Assembly (NCBI RefSeq): GCF_000020025.1
Contig: NC_010628.1
Location: 4,320,001 to 4,352,000 of the forward strand
Direction: 5' to 3'
Source: Nostoc punctiforme PCC 73102
GTDB lineage: Bacteria > Cyanobacteriota > Cyanobacteriia > Cyanobacteriales > Nostocaceae
DNA: 32,000 nt
Shown: piece after piece, positions 1 to 9,800 of the stretch
Layout of the letters: the number at the start of each line of letters is the position of its first letter
Numbering within the stretch: the stretch's first letter is position 1
Made by a program: the position numbers and the translations under genes
Notes under the pieces: generated by a model
What the model saw: only the letters and a program-made list of their open reading frames with translations
The model's database searches: none
What the model was told of the DNA's origin: nothing

Positions 1-4
1 GATA

Positions 5-898
5 TCAAAAGTTGAGGTAACTTAGGAGAGAAAACAAGCGCCGACGATTATCGCTAAATGCTCTACGACCATGCAAAAATCTAGAATTATCAATCATTAC
101 TAAATCGCCGGGTTTCCAACGAATTTCTTGAGTTAAGCTATACATGACTTTCTCAATTTCCTCTATAGCTGCATCAGGTATTAACGAACCATCCTCAAAA
201 GTTAATGCTGATTCTAATTCCAAATTTACGGAGCCTTTCAGGTTACTATTGCCTGTGATAATGTCATTGACAAAGGCATTTTGATTACCATATTTTGTTT
301 GAAGCACAGCTGAACAAATATATTCTGTATATATAGACTCCTCTTGGTCGATTTGGTATTTTACATTATTAAAACCATCTAACACTCGTTTGGCATCAGA
401 TATAGTAGCATCTGAACCCAAAAAATGCTTCCATTTATCAGCAGGGAATTTATGAACAAACTTAATTTTTTTAGAAATAAATAACTTTCTTAACTCTTCA
501 CTTAATTTCTGCCAGACTTGAATACCATCCCAAAATAAAGTTTCGCCCCCTTCTGCTGCTGGTACAGTGCAGCAAAACCAAACAGCATCAGGTGAAAAGG
601 GAGAACTACCGTTTTCACGATGAGGGAGAATTTCATGCATTCCTATATCTACTAAACTGACAAACCCGTTTGGCTCAACCAGAGGTTTATCATCATCTCG
701 CGTGAGTCTAGAACTAAATTGTTCTGCAAACACTTGCATCAATTCATGGGTGATCCCAAACCCTCGAAATAGAATAATCCCAGATGACTTGAACATCTCC
801 TGAATTTTCGCAACAGAGAGGTTAAGAATATCTTTGCATTCATCGCTATAGATAATTTTGTTGGTACTGGTTTCTGGTAAATCGATTTGAATTGTCAT
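5..898 (-). CDS. TauD/TfdA-family Fe(II)/2-oxoglutarate dioxygenase, 297 aa
   Basis: Complete ORF. The iron-binding triad is readable in the translation: LPHRENG (H-x-E) plus a distal His in RFLHGRRAF. It lies on the same strand as the glycosyltransferase gene and 44 nt downstream of it, so it is the last visible gene of the NRPS operon. Confidence 0.8.
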   Translation of the reverse strand: MTIQIDLPETSTNKIIYSDECKDILNLSVAKIQEMFKSSGIILFRGFGITHELMQVFAEQFSSRLTRDDDKPLVEPNGFVSLVDIGMHEILPHRENGSSPFSPDAVWFCCTVPAAEGGETLFWDGIQVWQKLSEELRKLFISKKIKFVHKFPADKWKHFLGSDATISDAKRVLDGFNNVKYQIDQEESIYTEYICSAVLQTKYGNQNAFVNDIITGNSNLKGSVNLELESALTFEDGSLIPDAAIEEIEKVMYSLTQEIRWKPGDLVMIDNSRFLHGRRAFSDNRRRLFSLLSYLNF

Positions 899-942
899 AG
901 TTGTATTGCAAAACTAAAAATTATCTGTAGAAAATTTCATTT

Positions 943-2220
943 TTATACTTTGTTTGGCAAATGGCGATGAAAAGCTTCGATCGCTCGAACCACTCCATTT
1001 TCTGCTTGGATCTTTCGCCCCATTGCCTCTGCACGAGCTTGCATTGACTTGTCATTGGTGGCTAGTCGAATCGCATCTGCTAACCTCTTGGTAGATAATT
1101 GGTGTGGCAAAATCGGCTTTGGGCTTAGACCTAACTCTGCTACACGATGCGCCCAAAAAAATCGATCATCTCCACTGGGTATGGTTATAGAAGGGATACC
1201 CGATCGCACGCCATAAGCTAATGTACCAGCACCTCCATGATGCACAAGTGCTGCCATTTGCGGGAATAGCCAATCAAATGGCACCCATTCGGAAAGTTTA
1301 AAGACTTTATCTGATAAATCGAAATCCTCGCTGAGGCTGTTTTCTCCAGTGAGTTCTCCTGGTACTTGTAAGATACACCTTTGACCTGTCTGGGCGATCG
1401 CTGACAAGACCAATTTCAGTTCTTCCTCTGTTAAACCACGACCAGCAACGTACACTGGTGGCGACCCAATTGCAATAAAATCTACTAGGTCTACAGGTGG
1501 CTGCCAATTTTCAGGACAATCCATAAACCAGTAGCCGGTAACGTGCAACCAATCAGGCCATTCAGACGGTTTAGGTAGTAAAGATGGGCTGTAGCCGTAG
1601 AGAAAAGGTAGTTTTTGCTGGTGTAGACGATGAACTGGGCTTAACCACCAAGCGGTAGGAGTTAATTTTAGGACTTCCTGTCGCCACCGGTTTATCGGCT
1701 GTCTAACAGATCGCCATAAGAATCGATCGAATAAGAAGTAGGTTAGCCTGTTGTAGATTCCACCTAAACGCAATTCAATTGGTGCAGCAGGGTTAGGAAA
1801 AGCGCCTGTTGGACTAATAGGTGGGATACAGGCTGCATAACAAGGTACACCCAGCTTTTCGATGATGTCATAACCCAGCAATGAAAATTGACTCAAGATA
1901 ATTGCCTCTGCTCCCTGACAAAGATCGAGGAGTTTAAACAGGTAGCTATCTTCAAGAGGTTGCAGAACACTCCTAATATTATTGAAGATGTAAAAGGGGT
2001 TGGGATGAAACCATTTCCAGAATGGCTCTGTGGAAAATTCTTCTGCATGTAGATCCATACAAACACATTCCAGACCCCATCGGCTGATAAATTCCTGACG
2101 AGCCTGATTAGTAAAAACAACTAGCTTTACCACATGTCCTGCTTGTTGCAATCCCAGTCCTAAAGCAAGATAAGGTTGAAGATCTCCAAGGGAACCACCT
2201 GTAACAATCGTGATACGCAT
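943..2220 (-). CDS. GT1-family (GT-B fold, UGT/MGT/sterol-glucosyltransferase-like) glycosyltransferase, 425 aa
   Basis: N-terminal MRITIVTGGSLGDLQPYLALGLGLQQAGHVV and the C-terminal nucleotide-sugar motif VHHGGAGTLAYGVRSGIPSITIPSGDDRFFWA are typical of GT1 enzymes. The start ATG lies 4 nt after the NRPS stop. Confidence 0.8.
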   Translation of the reverse strand: MRITIVTGGSLGDLQPYLALGLGLQQAGHVVKLVVFTNQARQEFISRWGLECVCMDLHAEEFSTEPFWKWFHPNPFYIFNNIRSVLQPLEDSYLFKLLDLCQGAEAIILSQFSLLGYDIIEKLGVPCYAACIPPISPTGAFPNPAAPIELRLGGIYNRLTYFLFDRFLWRSVRQPINRWRQEVLKLTPTAWWLSPVHRLHQQKLPFLYGYSPSLLPKPSEWPDWLHVTGYWFMDCPENWQPPVDLVDFIAIGSPPVYVAGRGLTEEELKLVLSAIAQTGQRCILQVPGELTGENSLSEDFDLSDKVFKLSEWVPFDWLFPQMAALVHHGGAGTLAYGVRSGIPSITIPSGDDRFFWAHRVAELGLSPKPILPHQLSTKRLADAIRLATNDKSMQARAEAMGRKIQAENGVVRAIEAFHRHLPNKV

Positions 2221-2224
2221 ATTT

Positions 2225-5200
2225 TTATCTCTTTGTGCGAAGTTGTTTTTGGCGATTTATCACCTCTTTTTGCTTCCAAGCGCGATCGCGAACTTGCTCT
2301 ACTTCTAACTGTGCGTCTTTTCCCTCATTTAAATATTTCGCCAACGAATCTATAGTTGGATGCTCAAGCAGTTCAATAATTGATAAGTCTTGCTCCAACA
2401 GTTCCTTGAGTTGGCTATGAACTTGAGCAATTAACAACGAATGACCGCCTATGTCAAAAAAGTTGTCATGAATACCCACCTTTTCTAGATGAAGTACCTC
2501 TTGCCAAACAGCAGCAATTGTTTGTTCCAGCTCAGTAGTGGGTGGTAAATAAGTAACTTTCAACTCTGGTCGCAACTTTTCCACGACCGAGAGGGATTTC
2601 CTATCTATTTTACCATTAGAGGTTAATGGCAATGCATCCAGTTGTAAATAAACTGAGGGGACCATATACTCAGGTAGCTTTGGTTTGAGAAATTGACTCA
2701 GTTCGCTGATAGAAGTGGATAAATCTGCCCTCAAAACAATGTATGCAACTAAACGTTGGTTGCCTGAGACATCTTCATGCACCACAACTACAGACTCTTG
2801 CACACCCGGATGCTCTAAAAGAGCCGCTTCAATTTCTCCTAGTTCAATGCGGAAACCTCGAAGCTTGACTTGGTTATCAATCCGTCCCAGAAACTCAAGA
2901 GTCCCATCACAACGATAACGAGCCAAGTCGCCTGTTTTGTACAAACGCTCCCCTGGTTCATTGCTGAAGGAATTGGGAATAAACTTTTCGGCTGTCAGTT
3001 CAGGCAGATTCAGATAACCTCGTGCCATTCCTTGACCGCCAATGTGCAGTTCGCCTACAAGACCAATTGGCACTGGCTGCAAGTGTCGATCTAACACGTA
3101 AAGTTGGGTGTTGGCGATCGGATGACCAATAGGAATTGAGCCTGACTGCTGTTTGTTATTTACCTGGTAAATGCAACAGCCAACTACGGTTTCGGTTGGC
3201 CCGTATTCATTCACTAGTATGGTGTCAGGGGCATACTTTTGCCAGAAAGCAATGTTCTGCGCCAATAAATTTTCACCCCCGATGATAAAAGCTCGCGTCC
3301 GACCTGCTGCTTCTTGAGGAGAGAACTGTTGAGCCAATAACTCTAAATGAGCAGGTGTAAGTTTGACCAAGCTTAAATTAGAGCTTTGGCTAAGAGCAGT
3401 GTAAAGCATCTCGATGCCTTGGTTTTCTGGCAGCAGCTTTACTTGAGAACCCACTAGTAAGGGTGAAAATAGACTTGTAATTGTGAGGTCAAATCCTAAA
3501 GGTGAGTGAACTAGCGTCCCTGTTCCTTGCTCGACTGTGTAAGCTTGCGTACACCAACTTAGGTAATTAACTAGCCCTCGGTGGGGAATCAATGTTCCCT
3601 TGGGCTTGCCAGTGGAACCAGAGGTATAGATAATGTATGCCAAGTTTTCAGGGGTTGTTTGACTAACCGGGTTGGCTATATTTTCCTGGGCTATGTCTTC
3701 CCAATTAGTATCTAGGCAAATGACTTTGGTTCCCTTTGTGGGTAAGCTAGCTGCTAAATGCTGCTGAGTCAATAGTATCGGTACATTACTATCCGCGATG
3801 ATGTAGGCTTGTCGTTCCAGTGGATAGGTTGCTTCAATCGGTACGTAGGCTCCACCAGCTTTGAGAATGCCCAATACTACAACCATCATCAGTGGGGAAC
3901 GCTCTACACAAATCCCCACTAGTACATCTGGCCCAACTCCCAGTCGCTGGAGGTAGTAGGCGAGTTGATTTGCTCTGGCGTTGAGCGAACCATAGGTTAG
4001 TCGCTCCTTCCCAGATATCACGGCAATGTTATCTGGAGTTCGCTCTACTTGTTCTTGGAATAGATGGTGGATACACTTGTCATTTGGATAAATGGTTTTT
4101 GTATTGTTGAACTCAATCAGCAATTGCTGCCGGTGGCGATCGCTCAGAATCTCTAAGCGACTAATTACGGCTTCCGGATTATTGGCGACGCTTTCTAACA
4201 AAGTCTGAAATTGTCCCGCCAAACGTTTGATATCCTCAGTTGGGAATAAATTGGCATCATAGTGAAATTCGTAACCCAAAGAGTCTTCCCTACACAGACA
4301 AGAGAGTTTTACTTTAAATCTGTCAATATATGCGGACTGCTGATAAACGGAAAGTGATAAATTATTGTCTACAGAATACTTTGCTTGTCTGTGTTCAAAC
4401 TCGAAACAAAAGGGGAAGAAGGAAGTAGCTTCCCCAGTCTGTTCTTGGGTAAAATACTCCTGCCATTGAGCATTCTGATGGCTAAGTTCGTTAACTTGCT
4501 GCAAAATCTCGCTAAATGTCCAGTTTTCTTCCAGATGACAAACAAGCGGTAAATATTTTGCAAATAGCCCGAAAGCTGACTCTAATCCCTCATAGTTTCG
4601 ACCATCACAGACAGTACCAATCATAATCCTTGACTGTTGTGTGAGTCGCCAGAGGAAAATTGCAAAGCAAGTTAGTAAAACGACTTCTGTGGTAGTTTCA
4701 TACTTCTGGGCGATCGCTTTAATCTCTGCTGCTAACTCATCAGCGATCGCATCGGCAAGAAACTGAGGTGAGAATCCTGGTTCAATCGGAGGCTGGTTTT
4801 CGCTTGTGAGCTTTAAAGTAAAAAGATCGGTAAAATCTTGCTGACACCAATACTCTCTTCCAGCTTTTGTCTCTTCTGACTCAAGTAAGTCATTGAGAAT
4901 TTCCGATATATCAGCATACTGCATCGGTTCATCAAATAGCTGTTCGCCATCTAAGCAAGCTGCATAAGAAACACTGATTTCACGCACTAAATTTTTCAGC
5001 GTTCCGGCATCCGCATAGACAGCAGGCAAACCGATCAGCAATGTATATCTATCATCGGACAATTCAACCAAAGCCAGATGCAAAAGTGAATCTTGCTCAA
5101 AATCGGCAGCTAGCTGACTTACTTCCTGAAAAAGTGCCTCAATTTTACCTTCTTGTGCTTGCGGAGTCAGCTCCCTAAAATTATGCTCGTGAATTGATGG

Positions 5201-5485
5201 AAATATGCGATCGCTTCCTCTACCAACAATTCCTACAGGTAGGGGATCGCTAATAATTTGCAGGGGAATATCCATACCCGGCAAACAACGAAAAGTAGTA
5301 CGCAAAATTTCATGTCGATTTAAGAGATTTCCTAAAACCGTCTCGAAAATTTTTCTGTTGAAATTTCCCTCAATTTGGATAGCACACTGAGCGCGATAAG
5401 GTAGCGTTGCCTGCCCTTGTTGTAACAACCATAGATGCTTCTGCTGTGGTGAAAGTCGAAAACCTTTGATAACTTTCTTTTGCAT
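2225..5485 (-). CDS. Non-ribosomal peptide synthetase, single module: non-canonical C-like domain, adenylation domain, peptidyl carrier protein (1086 aa)
   Basis: A-domain core motifs: LAYIIYTSGSTGKPKG (A3), NEYGPTE (A5), YKTGDLARY (A7), GRIDNQVKLRGFRIELGEIE (A8), LPLTSNGKIDRK (A10). PCP motif: FFDIGGHSLL. N-terminal C-type motifs: SPQQKHLWLL and RHEILRTTF. There is no TE or terminal C domain. Confidence 0.92.
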   Translation of the reverse strand: MQKKVIKGFRLSPQQKHLWLLQQGQATLPYRAQCAIQIEGNFNRKIFETVLGNLLNRHEILRTTFRCLPGMDIPLQIISDPLPVGIVGRGSDRIFPSIHEHNFRELTPQAQEGKIEALFQEVSQLAADFEQDSLLHLALVELSDDRYTLLIGLPAVYADAGTLKNLVREISVSYAACLDGEQLFDEPMQYADISEILNDLLESEETKAGREYWCQQDFTDLFTLKLTSENQPPIEPGFSPQFLADAIADELAAEIKAIAQKYETTTEVVLLTCFAIFLWRLTQQSRIMIGTVCDGRNYEGLESAFGLFAKYLPLVCHLEENWTFSEILQQVNELSHQNAQWQEYFTQEQTGEATSFFPFCFEFEHRQAKYSVDNNLSLSVYQQSAYIDRFKVKLSCLCREDSLGYEFHYDANLFPTEDIKRLAGQFQTLLESVANNPEAVISRLEILSDRHRQQLLIEFNNTKTIYPNDKCIHHLFQEQVERTPDNIAVISGKERLTYGSLNARANQLAYYLQRLGVGPDVLVGICVERSPLMMVVVLGILKAGGAYVPIEATYPLERQAYIIADSNVPILLTQQHLAASLPTKGTKVICLDTNWEDIAQENIANPVSQTTPENLAYIIYTSGSTGKPKGTLIPHRGLVNYLSWCTQAYTVEQGTGTLVHSPLGFDLTITSLFSPLLVGSQVKLLPENQGIEMLYTALSQSSNLSLVKLTPAHLELLAQQFSPQEAAGRTRAFIIGGENLLAQNIAFWQKYAPDTILVNEYGPTETVVGCCIYQVNNKQQSGSIPIGHPIANTQLYVLDRHLQPVPIGLVGELHIGGQGMARGYLNLPELTAEKFIPNSFSNEPGERLYKTGDLARYRCDGTLEFLGRIDNQVKLRGFRIELGEIEAALLEHPGVQESVVVVHEDVSGNQRLVAYIVLRADLSTSISELSQFLKPKLPEYMVPSVYLQLDALPLTSNGKIDRKSLSVVEKLRPELKVTYLPPTTELEQTIAAVWQEVLHLEKVGIHDNFFDIGGHSLLIAQVHSQLKELLEQDLSIIELLEHPTIDSLAKYLNEGKDAQLEVEQVRDRAWKQKEVINRQKQLRTKR
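2336..2539 (-). other. Peptidyl carrier protein (T) domain
   Basis: IHDNFFDIGGHSLLIAQV, with the phosphopantetheine Ser codon at 2438-2440. Confidence 0.85.
2591..4078 (-). other. Adenylation domain, Asp/Asn-type pocket (boundaries approximate)
   Basis: A hand alignment to the GrsA-PheA reference positions gives the 10-residue code D-L-T-K-I-G-E-V-G-K, taken from FDLTIT, LVKLTP, FIIGGE, NEYGPTETVVG and GKIDRK. Confidence 0.8.
4151..5464 (-). other. C-domain-like region with degenerate catalytic motif (candidate 'interface'-type domain); boundaries approximate
   Basis: Where HHxxxDG is expected, the protein reads LLIGLPAVYADAGTL (nt 5003-5029). Both His and the Gly are replaced; only the Asp is kept. 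The flanking C1/C2-like motifs are present. Confidence 0.6.
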
Positions 5486-5508
5486 ATTTCTAGCCTGTAT
5501 TTTTTGCC

Positions 5509-6582
5509 CTAAATGGCTCTATGAATATAGGGTTCAGCCATTCCCACCACAATTTTTCGACAACCTACAAATGGCGCACGTCCATGAGCCACTAGCATAT
5601 TGTCTAGCATTAAAATATCTCCCTCCTGCCAAGGGAAAGTAAGCGTTTCTTGTTGATAGCAAGAGCGAATTTCATCTAACACAGAAGATTCAATGGTCGA
5701 ACCATCACCATAATAGGTATTTTGGGGAAGGTCTGACTCTCTAAACTCTGCTAAAAGAGACTCACGCATCGTTGATTCTAAGCTGGATACGTGAAAAAAA
5801 GCAGCGTGATTAAACCAGAGTATTTCATTAGTTATTGGATGTTTTGTAACAGCCTGACGAACCTGTTTCGTTCTCAAGAAATCACTGTCTTTCCATTCAG
5901 TCTCAATACCATTTTTGCGACAGTATTCTTCGACTTCTAGCTTGCTCGTAGTTTGAAAAACTGTTTGCCAGGGAAGACCAAATCCGTTACCAAAGTTGCG
6001 AACATACATCACCTGCTTTTGGATAAATAGTTCTCTAATTTTTGGGTTGATCTGCTGGAAAACTTTTCTCACATCGGCAATTGGTGTTTCTCCTCCCTGC
6101 TGCGGCGCTGTGATGCAAAAAAAGAATATTTTTAAAGGCCATGTATGCTGGTAAGAATTTTCGTTGTGTAGAAAAATACTTTGGCTAGCAGGGTAATCAG
6201 TTGATGTATAAATATTACCATTTACGTGACTGCGGGGCGAAGAACGTTCTCGATACTCTAGTAACTCCCCCGACACAGATCCGATGAACTCCTCAAACTC
6301 AGCTACTCCATTTATCTTAAAGTTCCGAAAAAGTATTCCTCCATATTTCAGCAATTCTGTTTCGATAAAAGACCGATTGCGTGTAGCCCAAACTGCGAGA
6401 TTGACTCCTTCAACAGCAGGCTTGACTATTAAAGGTAAAAACTTTCCAGCCTGAATAAATTCTGTTTTGATTAATCCTTGTTGGGACAAGCTCATAGCTT
6501 GCCGCTTTAGGCTTGGCAACTTTTTGATCTCAAGCTTGTCGGATGGAGATTTTTTCATAATTACTGACTGCTGGGAATTCAC
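5509..6582 (-). CDS. Stand-alone TauD/SyrP-like Fe(II)/2-oxoglutarate hydroxylase (candidate carrier-protein-tethered Asp/Asn beta-hydroxylase), 357 aa
   Basis: FLHNENSY (H-x-E), GGETPIADVRKV and MLVAHGRAPF motifs. It sits 23 nt upstream of the NRPS module, between the two synthetase genes. Confidence 0.8.
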   Translation of the reverse strand: MNSQQSVIMKKSPSDKLEIKKLPSLKRQAMSLSQQGLIKTEFIQAGKFLPLIVKPAVEGVNLAVWATRNRSFIETELLKYGGILFRNFKINGVAEFEEFIGSVSGELLEYRERSSPRSHVNGNIYTSTDYPASQSIFLHNENSYQHTWPLKIFFFCITAPQQGGETPIADVRKVFQQINPKIRELFIQKQVMYVRNFGNGFGLPWQTVFQTTSKLEVEEYCRKNGIETEWKDSDFLRTKQVRQAVTKHPITNEILWFNHAAFFHVSSLESTMRESLLAEFRESDLPQNTYYGDGSTIESSVLDEIRSCYQQETLTFPWQEGDILMLDNMLVAHGRAPFVGCRKIVVGMAEPYIHRAI

Positions 6583-6737
6583 ACTACAACTAATTAGCTT
6601 GATTAGATCAAAAAATTGACAGGATATGTCACTTTCTTACAAACCATTGACATAACTGAAATCTTAAACGTTTGTCTGAACTAGAAAACTTTAGGAGCTT
6701 CCAAATTAAAAAATATCCAAAAATCCCATACAACAAT

Positions 6738-6812
6738 CCTCTCTTTTCTTTCTCCGTGCTCTCTGCGCCTCTGTGGTTCGTTATCAATAAAAATCATTTT
6801 CAAAACTGAAAT
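6738..6812. repeat. Dispersed short repeat, copy 1 (family also at 15721-15825 and 22045-22130)
   Basis: The exact 19-mer CTCTGCGCCTCTGTGGTTC at 6761-6779 recurs at 22063-22081. The flanks (CTCTTTTCT... upstream, GGTTCGTT..ATCAAT..AAAA downstream) are shared with the 15.7-kb copy. Confidence 0.7.
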
Positions 6813-6876
6813 ACGACTGCTATAAAAACTTTGTTTTCCCTAAAAAAATAACTCATTAACCTCAACCTTTCGAAAT

Positions 6877-9800
6877 TCAATTTTTCTCTAATGCCAACTC
6901 TTCTTCAATCGCTTTCCGCTTCACATTCTTAAATTTATGAACACTAGCTTCTTTAATTTCTCGTTCTTTGGCAATTTGTTTTTCTCTGTCTGCTGTAACT
7001 AAAATTTCTTTGAGGGCATTCAACCTGATTTTGGGTTGAACTACAACGGTATGCAAAAGTGTTTGAAAATGTGACAACAACCGTGTGATAGTAACAGCCT
7101 CAAACAAATCTGTGCTGTACTCCATCCAACCCATTAAACCTTGCTCTATCTCCGTCAGATTCAGCAGTAAGTCATACTTTGCAGTCTGACTCTCAACCTC
7201 CGTGACACTCGCAGTTAAACCCGAAAGTGCTAAAGGCGGCATCGGTACATTTTGCAGCACCAGCTTGACTTGAAATAGAGGCGTACTGCTCAAAGTCCGT
7301 TGTGGGTTCAATACCTCCACTAGCTTGTCAAAGGGCATCTCCTGATGGGTGTAAGCTCCTATAGTTACCTCGCGCACTCGCTCTAATAACTCCTCAAAAG
7401 TGGGGTTCCCGGACAGGTTAATACGTAATACCAGTTGGTTGATAAAAAACCCGATTAGTAATTCAGTCTTCGCTTGATTGCGGTTCGCAATATCTGTACC
7501 GACCACAATTTCTTCCTGCTCTGTGTACCAATGCAGCAGCATTTTGAATGTTGCTAGCAATGTCATAAATAGCGTCACTTCCTGCTGCTGACTCAACACC
7601 TTGAGAGCATCCGTCAAGGACTTAGACAGCACTAGAGATTGTCGTCTACCTTGAAAAGTTTGAACTACTGGTCGGGGATGGTCAGTAGGCAGTTGTAGTA
7701 TCGGAAGATTGTTCAGTTGTTTTTTCCAGTAAGTTAGTTGCGACTCCAATACTTCCCCTTCTAGCCACTGGCGTTGCCAGATTGTATAATCTGCATACTG
7801 AATGGGCAACTCAGGTAAAGGCGTGAGCTGTCCCTTAGAATAAACTTCATAGAGTATTGTCAGTTCCCGAAAGAGGACTCCCATAGACCAGCCGTCAGAG
7901 ACAATATGGTGCATTGTCAACAACATGATATGTTCTTGTTCGCTGCACTCTAGAAGAGTCACTCGTAGCAATGATCCCTGAGTCAAATCAAAAGGCTGCC
8001 GAGCTTCCTGAGTGGCTAGCCAATGCACCTCGGCTGCACGGTGAATTTCAGGGATATCCCGCAGATTTACCATAGGCAAGGTTAAGGTGAAATCTGGACA
8101 AATCACCTGCATTGGCTTCCTATCTACAGTAGTAAACACCGTTCGCAAGGCTTCATGTCGTCGGACGATTTCATTGAAGCTTTGCTCTAGTGCCGCTATG
8201 TTGAGTACACCTTGGAAGTGCATTACAACAGAAATATTGTAGAAAGGGTTGCCTGGTTGCAATTGGTCAAGAAACCACAGTCGCTGTTGAGCAAAAGATA
8301 GAGGGTGAAAGTCTGTGGTTTTTCGGTTTTGGGTAAGGGTTACTGATGGTATACAAGCTGCCGTTGTCAGTTTAGCAAGTATCTTTGTCGCTAGCTCAGT
8401 GATGTTAATACCTTCAAAAAAGTCTGCTATGGGTACACTAACTTCTAGATCATCCTCAATCCTGTTTTTTAACTCAATAACTCTTAAAGAATCGAGTCCT
8501 AAAGGGGTTAGTGGCTGTTGAAGGTTGATTTCATGCAGTGGAATTGCAAATACCCGTGCTATCTGTTTTTGAAGATATGACTCTAACAGGGGCTGTTGCT
8601 TGCGCGGGGTGAGGGCTAAAAGAGCTTCACGCTGTAACCTATTTTCGTTTCCATCAATATTAATAGTTTTCTGAATACTGCTACCAACGACTTCCAGCTT
8701 GTTCGCCAGAAAATCGGCTTTTGTGGCACGGCGTTGAATCTTGCCACTAGAGGTTTTGGGAATAGTGCCTGGTTTAATCAGCACCACTGCGTATACTTGT
8801 ATCTCATACTCCTCAGCCACAGCTTGACGAATTGCTGCAATGACTTCTTCAATATTTGGTTTGGCGCGAAACTCCAACTCTTGCACTACAACTAAGCGTT
8901 CTTCATTCTCTGCCTCAACTGAGAAAGCTGCACCACTGCCTGAACGCAATGATGAATGACTACGTTCCACAGTCAACTCTAAGTCTTGCGGATAAAGGTT
9001 GCGACCACGGATAATGATTAAATCTTTGGCTCGACCTGTGATAAATAGTTCTCCCTTGTCCAAAAAACCTAAGTCACCTGTGCGTAAAAATAGCCTAGAA
9101 TCTGGGCCTTTGAGGGAGGCGTGGAATGTTTGCTTTGTCTCATCAGGACGGTTCCAATAACCTTGACCAATACTGGGCCCTGATACCCAGATTTCGCCTA
9201 CTTCGTCGGGTTGACAAGGCTTAAGAGTCTCTGGGTGTGCAATGACAATTTGCTGTTGTGGTACACTTTGACCGCAACTGACAAAGGTCTGGATATCTTC
9301 ACTAGTGGCTGCTTCAATGACTTGATGCCTTTCCAATGCAGATTTTGCAACTGTTTTGCAAGGAGGTAAAGCTTTCTTGATCCCACCCGAAACCATCAGA
9401 GTTGCTTCCGCCATACCATAACAAGGATAGAACCCTTCTGGACGAAAACCACACTCAGCAAAAGTGGCTGAAAATCGCTCTAGAGTCTCCGATCTGATGG
9501 GTTCAGCGCCGTTGAAGGCGACGCTCCAACTACTTAAGTCAAGAGTAGACTTTTGCTCAGGAGTAATCCTCTGAATACACAACTCGTAGGCAAAGTTGGG
9601 ACCACCACTAGTTGTACCACGATATTGAGAAATTGCCTGCAACCATCGATATGGACGTTGTAAAAATGAGGTGGGAGACATTAAGACGCAAGGAAACCCT
9701 CCATATAATGGTTGCAGTATTCCACCAATCAATCCCATGTCATGGTAAACGGGTAGCCAAGAGACAAACTGACTCTCAGGCGAATGTTCCATGATTTGGT

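Noticed and set aside
6783-6801. Fur-box-like 19-mer ATCAATAAAAATCATTTTC (13 of 19 matches to GATAATGATAATCATTATC) upstream of the hydroxylase gene, with a similar ATCAATCAAAATTAATCTG at 15801-15819 upstream of the MFS gene
   Set aside because: Both lie inside copies of the dispersed repeat family. That family also occurs after aspS (CAATAAATCACTTTTAA at 22082-22098), so the resemblance may be a property of the repeat and not an iron operator. It is not strong enough to annotate without binding data.
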